Below are positions 57,331 to 64,000 of a stretch of DNA of 64,000 nucleotides, one piece after another. The stretch comes from Eledone cirrhosa (Eukaryota), in NCBI GenBank assembly GCA_964016885.1, contig OZ024742.1, positions 263,500,001 to 263,564,000 on the forward strand, read 5' to 3'. Position 1 is the first letter of the stretch; each line of letters opens with the position of its first letter. The position numbers and the translations under genes were made by a program. The notes under the pieces are model-generated. The model worked only from the letters and a program-made list of their open reading frames with translations, did no database searches and was not told the DNA's origin.

Positions 57331-58679
57331 TACACGCACACAAACACATATACTTACACGCATACACATGATTTGTCGCCTGCATTTCACATGCATCATT
57401 GGCACGTGTGTCGCGTGTATGTCGGAGTACATAATGTTGTCATGAAATAGATAGGATTCATGGGTTACTTACTCTGAAGTAGTAGCCCAGTCATTTACTG
57501 GTGCTTACCATGTAGGTAAACTATATCCCTCTCATCATGGGCTCTATTTTCACAGCAAAGATATAATTCCATATATTTTGAAAATATAATAAAAATATAA
57601 TAAAAATATGCCAACCACCTTAACGATGTTTGTGGTGTGACGTACTGAGAAACTTTGGGCCTGAAGCAACATGATAAAACACGTGTACGTGCCTCGCTCG
57701 TCATTTCAGGACGTATACAGAGACACACAAAATATGGTTGATACTAAAGAAAAGGCTAAAGATGAAATATTTCTGTTAAACTCGAATTGGCTGATTTCGC
57801 CCTCAGGAAAGGAAAATAAATTGTGTACGTTCAAAATTATTTTTATCTCTATCCACTTCCGCCAAGGTATATGTAACTCCTTGATTTTCTTTTCCTTTTT
57901 TCGCCCTTCGTATTTTCCTGATTTCAAATGAAGATAATTACTTGAATACACTTGAATATAATATAATTAATTGACAATCTATTTTTCTTGTTACTTAATA
58001 CTGATGGCGTACAAGATACAGAAACAACCTGTCTACGTAAAAGCGACAAGTGTGAAATATTAAATTTATATGATTTGAAATTAGAAATGTTGAAATCCAA
58101 ACACAGATTCGCTACAATGATCATAACATTAGAACATTAGGCAAAATATCATGAGGAATTTAAAATAAGTGGCTACACAAAAAATATGATGAGTCTATAA
58201 TTAAACTGTGTTGATATAATAGATCTGTGCTAATCAGCCGGTTGCAGAAGAACACGGTTTTCATCTGTTTAGAAATATATATATAATGACGACTCTCCCA
58301 TAACGTAATTTATTTATGAGGTCGATAAAAAAGTACCAGTCCAGTACTAGGGTCGTTTCTTCCTCTATATCTCTTTCTTACTCCCTTTCTATCATTAGCT
58401 CTCTCTTTCTCTGGAAGAAATTGGCTGTTTTCAGACCTGGAGAAAGGATGGGCTCTCTCTGGTTTAAAGTAACCAAGAAACACCGTACGCCCCTACAACT
58501 TCATTAGGAATTACAGGTCGACATACACACACGCACGAACACACACACACACACACACGCGCACACACACACAGGTTTTCGTAGTGAAGATAATTAAAAA
58601 ATTGTAGTCATACCTTCATTAAATTTATCTTAGATTTATGATATTTGCATCTACATTATGACTGGTTATCGTCGGGTGT

Positions 58680-59660
58680 ATTACTCCTGGTTACGCACAT
58701 GAACGCAGAATGGATATAAACTCATCTCAAATATTTAGACATGGTTGTCTACTAGATTTCAAGTTTGACCACTTCATCTAGGAATCATCTCGAAATTGTA
58801 CTTCCTAAATAAATAAAACTACTGACAGCAGCCTGAAGAACCCCATCAACAAAAATAATTGGGTCTTGGTTTGCATTACCAGGTGTCGGAAGAAACATAA
58901 CATTTGTCTTGCTCAAGCTAATTTTTAAACTTTGCACGCTGCACAAAGAAGATCCACCAGAATCTGCATATCTGCTTCCGAATGTGCCACAAGGTCACGG
59001 ACATGAGCGTAGAGGAGATGACGAACCATTGATACAAAAGTTTTACTCTTGGCAGAAAAACGGTGCAAATTAAAAAGAACTTCCCAGTAGTCCTATATCT
59101 AACACAAACCCCAACATCACAATTCTCAAATGCTTTGTCAAGAACAACTGAAAAAGTACAAGGAGAAAAAAGTAAGCACCAGAACATCTCCCTTCTCCAC
59201 ACCTTTATCTAAATTTACTGGACAATATAACATTCCAAGGATAACCCATACTGCATCCCGATGCAGGGTCTCAAATGCTTTAGTTAAGTCAATGAATACC
59301 TGAATAAGGTTTACGCCCTGCTTTTGGATTTGACAAGCTGTGAAAATCAATACTGTCCTCCTCCCAGCACGAAACCCACACTAGGATTCCTGTGTAATAC
59401 TTGGGCATTTGTGATTTATTAGCCTATTCAGAGGAACCCTAATAAAAGCCTTGTCACAGTTGCCTAACAACAAAATACCCTAAAGTGGTCACAAATATCT
59501 TTTTTGCCTTTACCTTTGTGCAGTGAGACCATAATTACAACTTACTAATCTTGCGGCACTGGAGTACCATTCCAAATCGAAACAAATATGTCATATAGCA
59601 ACTACTTGACTCTATCTCCACAACATACCAGCACCTTTGTAGGGACGCCATCTGCACCTC
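58680..59660 (-). pseudogene. Decayed RTE (BovB-like) RT fragment
   Basis: GFRAGR...IFTACQIQ...VFIDLTKAFETLHRDAVWVILG...GVEKGDVLVLTFFSLYF. Confidence 0.75.
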
Positions 59661-59776
59661 TACATTTATTTAACTGGAATATCAAACTCGTCCATAGATT
59701 GAATATTATTCAATTCTTCGGCAATGTATGTATGTATATTTGTATATACATAATACATGTATATACACACACACAC

Positions 59777-59936
<160 letters not shown>

Positions 59937-59973
59937 ATATATATGTATATATATATCTGTATGTATGTATATC

Positions 59974-60022
<49 letters not shown>

Positions 60023-60638
60023 GTATGTGTGTATGTGTGTATGTGTGTGTGTGGTATGTGCATAAACACACACACATATATGACAAATACTCATTGGAGG
60101 TTAAGATGAGGTTAAAGTAACAAAAGCGGTCTGTGGTGAGAGGGGTAGTGTTCTCAAAAGAAGCGGGTGTAACAGCAGCAAGGATGTGGAAACACAAATG
60201 TACAAATAGAAAACATAAAGAAAACATATGAATTAATAAAATAGTAATTAACAACAACAACAACAACAATCAAATGATTAATGAAACAAAACAAACAATA
60301 ATATAGTCAATAAAATGTAATCAGTAAATAAATATGGTTAAAGGAGCAGAAGACAAAGTCGAAATTAGTGAATTCATTGAAGCAAACGTAAACTTCTTTA
60401 AAAAGCAAATAATTATAGAAACTCAAGGAGTCGTTGTCATCATTAATGCAAACACAGACTTACATATTCACCTGCACACAGACACACGCATACGCGCGCA
60501 CACACACGCTCACACACACGCTCACGCATACATATGCATGCGCGCATACACATACCTTTTTACGTGTATGTTATTAATATATATATACATCGGACGTGAG
60601 GATTATTACTCAATACCGAAGTCCCCCTCCCTCTCTCC

Positions 60639-60773
<135 letters not shown>

Positions 60774-60918
60774 TTATAAAATAGAATTTGGTGTAATAGA
60801 ACTGTTATTATACTGAGTATACAGTATAATACAGTATATATAGCTATATATGTATATATATATAGCTATATATATGTATATATATAGCTATATATGTATA
60901 TATATATATATATATAGC

Positions 60919-60966
<48 letters not shown>

Positions 60967-60969
60967 GCT

Positions 60970-61043
<74 letters not shown>

Positions 61044-61403
61044 CTATTAATTAATATATCTTAAGAATAGTAAAATAGCTTGCTATGTACTTAAATACGA
61101 TTTTGAATAATTTAGATTTAGAGATTTTAGCCTGTATAAAGCATATTTGAGATAATTTATGATTGAAATATATTTTATTTTACCCACTTTTATAACGAAG
61201 CTCCCCCATTTAGTTAATCAATTAAATTTATTTCAGGTTGAGTTGATAACATTTTTTAAAGATTTTGTGAGCCGTGTCTAGCTTCATGTTTTCTCATTGA
61301 GAACTATTTAAGTATATACTGAATAACTATAGCTAAACCACATGGATTTCGTAACCTCATATTTTCCGAATAGGAGACGACACAGCATATGTATATATAG
61401 TAA

Positions 61404-62366
61404 ACTAGCTGCAGTACCCGGTAATACCCGGGAAAGGTGGAGTTATTGGCAGTTCTCAGAGTGCGCCTGAAAATGCTAGCGACCCTGGATGCCCATACTG
61501 GATTTTCAATAGCAACCTTTGCTAGGTGTATTTAAGGCAGATCAATTTTTTATGTGGGACTATCAATAGCTGCTTAAGTCATAAATCCTTCTTCCATCCA
61601 GCTTTCTTCATTCAGAGTGAATAAGCCGGGAAAGCTGGAAGAGTATCCAACTTATTCAACAAACTTATGTATAAGAATAGCAAACTTAGCGCTCACGAAC
61701 AAACACAGAACACTTGAGGAAGTCATCGTAATTATTGAAGAAATTATAATCGAATAAACATATTCAGGTACTGTTCAAGCACCCTGTATATCACCGTTTG
61801 TAAAGCCCTTCGAATGACTGAAGCAATTCAATAAAACCATTCCGTTTTCCCCCTATAGTAGACATAACCCGAGAAAACACACCATAATAAGTCGGATAAA
61901 ATATCAGAAGTGTTGGCCCTAAAGAGGGCCTTGTAACGTTCACTGTTGCAAAGTGTCAATAATGAGTGAGAAGTTACACCTTCTTAATTCGTGTTAATCT
62001 TCCCACGGTCCGACACCTCGAAATATCGACAAAATAAACTCATTTCTAATAAGTTGTTGCCTCGTTTTGGAGGACTGAGTTGTGGGAGAAGGAAGAAGAG
62101 TAGTGGGGGGGGAGGGTTTAACATGCAGTAGTAGTATGTTCTATTCCCCCTCTCTCACTGAAACGTCTTCTCTTTCCTCCTCATTGTAAAGATGTTCCCA
62201 GGGGTTACATTATTGATTTTTATTGAAATCCAATTAGCCAGTCCTGTTTCTGAATATTAGCTTAACATGTGTGTAAAGCTTCATCAGGATCGGATCACTG
62301 GTATAGGCATCAACTGGTTATACACATATACACAGACAGACAGAAATTGCCATTTATATAGTAGAT
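61404..62366 (+). mobile_element. Helentron/DINE-1-type non-autonomous element
   Basis: 5' actagctgcagtacccggtaatacccggg; 3' tttcatcaggatcgg...(caga)n aattgccatttatatagtagat. Confidence 0.6.
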
Positions 62367-62420
62367 ATATATCCCAGATAGCAACTAGGCAGTTTAGATC
62401 ATTACGCCAAGGGACCGTGA

Positions 62421-62690
62421 CAGACTTACCGTCTTAAATTAGATAGCTGAATCACACCTTTCAGATGTCAACAAACATCGTGTATACGGACTTTTAGATA
62501 GCACTGAGAAGATAAAGTTGATATAAAGTATGGTGTTCTCATGCGCGGCGGAGAAGCTATAAAATAGTAAAATAAAATAGGGTGAAGACACTTTAAAGAC
62601 GATATCTAGGAGGTATGGGGTTTGATTCCTCATAGCGGCCGATGGCAACGTCTTTTTCCGACTTTAAAGGGTCTTCACTCTATTTTATAA
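62421..62690. mobile_element. Rearranged (inverted + forward) copy of the 278-bp family
   Basis: cttaccgtcttaaattagatagctgaatc...tgtcaacaaacatcgtgtatacg is the reverse complement of 27820-27885, followed by a forward segment gtatggggtttgattcctcatagcggccgat...cttcactctatttt. Confidence 0.7.
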
Positions 62691-63674
62691 ACTTTTAACT
62701 TTTGCTTCTCAGCTAAGTACACAATAATTTCATAAGTAGGCTGTTTCATTGTCCAAACAAATGGAACACTAATCGTCAAAATGACGAATGTTCATCAATA
62801 CATACGAATTTATGTTTGAATGTATTTTATATTTGGTTTTGTGTGGGGTCTTAGTTTATTAAACTTCATCAGTTCTCTTTTGTTCTTAATATAATATGAT
62901 TTAGAATTGGTAGAACGTCGTATAAAATGCCATTGTGCTTTGTGCTTACACTTTGTCTTACATCTTCCCCGAATCGATAAAATAAAGTACTGGAGCTGAT
63001 TTAATCAATTTTGCCCTTCACCCAAATTTACTACTGACATTGGGCCTAAATCATAAATCAATATAATGTTGTTTTTGTGAATTCATTTCAATTATATTGC
63101 CCTATATTTTAAAGATATATATCATTGCAGACATATGAAACACAACACAAGAAAATACGAAACCGATAGACTGCATTTCAGATACTTGATGCAGCCTAAA
63201 AGATGTTCTGTATTACATACAAAAATACTCACATATTATCTTTGATGTTATCTACACACATAAAAAAGACACTTGTCCCATACACACATTTGTGTACTCA
63301 CACGTGTTCACTCAAACACGTGTGCATGCAATCAATTTTTTCACATTACTAATATATCTCTCCTCTCTTTATATTCGTGTTCCGATCTCTCCTTCTTATG
63401 ATATACGTCCATTATTCCATTGTACTCTTTACAGTAAAAACACTCTTTCAGACACAATCTCTCCACTTCTCTAATCTCTAGCGTTCCGGCCAACATTTCA
63501 GCACAACATTATACTTACATCAGCGGGATCAGCAACAGAAGCTTGGAGTGTGGTTTGGTTGTCTTCAGTAGTATCACTCTGTAATAAAACCAGGCGCAAA
63601 CTGAGTACATGTGTTCGCATATAAAAATACACACATACATATACATACACATATATTCACACATATATATATAT

Positions 63675-63780
<106 letters not shown>

Positions 63781-64000
63781 CAAGAAAGAAGAGTGACATG
63801 ATTTGCTATACAATAAGGGCTTTATTCACATTGCTGACAATTGTTTCTCTGAACTGGTAGGTCTAGAGATCGCTACCCGCCTGTTTTTGCGTCAATCGAT
63901 CACCAATACTGTGTTATAACCAGTCAATTGGTGATCGATTGACTCAAAAACAGGCGGGTAGCGATCTCTAGACCTACCAGTTCAGAGAAACAATTGTCAG
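63781..64000. mobile_element. Fold-back element with hammerhead 3' half, cut by the window end
   Basis: 63834-63907 / 63927-64000 are inverted; GAAA-CAATTG-TC-AG at the end; (TA)n on the left. Confidence 0.8.

Overview
Eukaryotic (animal) genomic DNA, AT-rich and saturated with (TA)n/(CA)n/(TATG)n microsatellites. The SINE families and repeat landscape suggest an octopus or other coleoid cephalopod (inference). One host gene is visible: a minus-strand giant exon of about 22.4 kb (3995-26388) encoding 7439 aa of acidic, low-complexity protein with internal repeats, including five WH2-like helix+LKK motifs next to polyproline tracts. The rest is intronic or intergenic and holds tRNA-derived SINEs, decayed non-LTR retrotransposons (RTE, R4-like, HERO-like, CR1/L2-like), a Gypsy remnant and Helentron-type non-autonomous elements. 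The main signal not shown by the ORF track is a dense, multi-family population of small elements in (TA)n tracts. They form long fold-back palindromes or ~280-430 bp partial tandems and carry minimal type I hammerhead ribozyme motifs (CUGANGA...GAAA-stem III-UH, with complementary stem I arms). Several share a downstream TTGAGTRC tail motif, and the tandem forms carry an octamer or tRNA-type promoter motif. This fits non-autonomous Penelope-like (PLE) / retrozyme elements. No autonomous PLE ORF is present in the window. All folding and alignments were done by eye.
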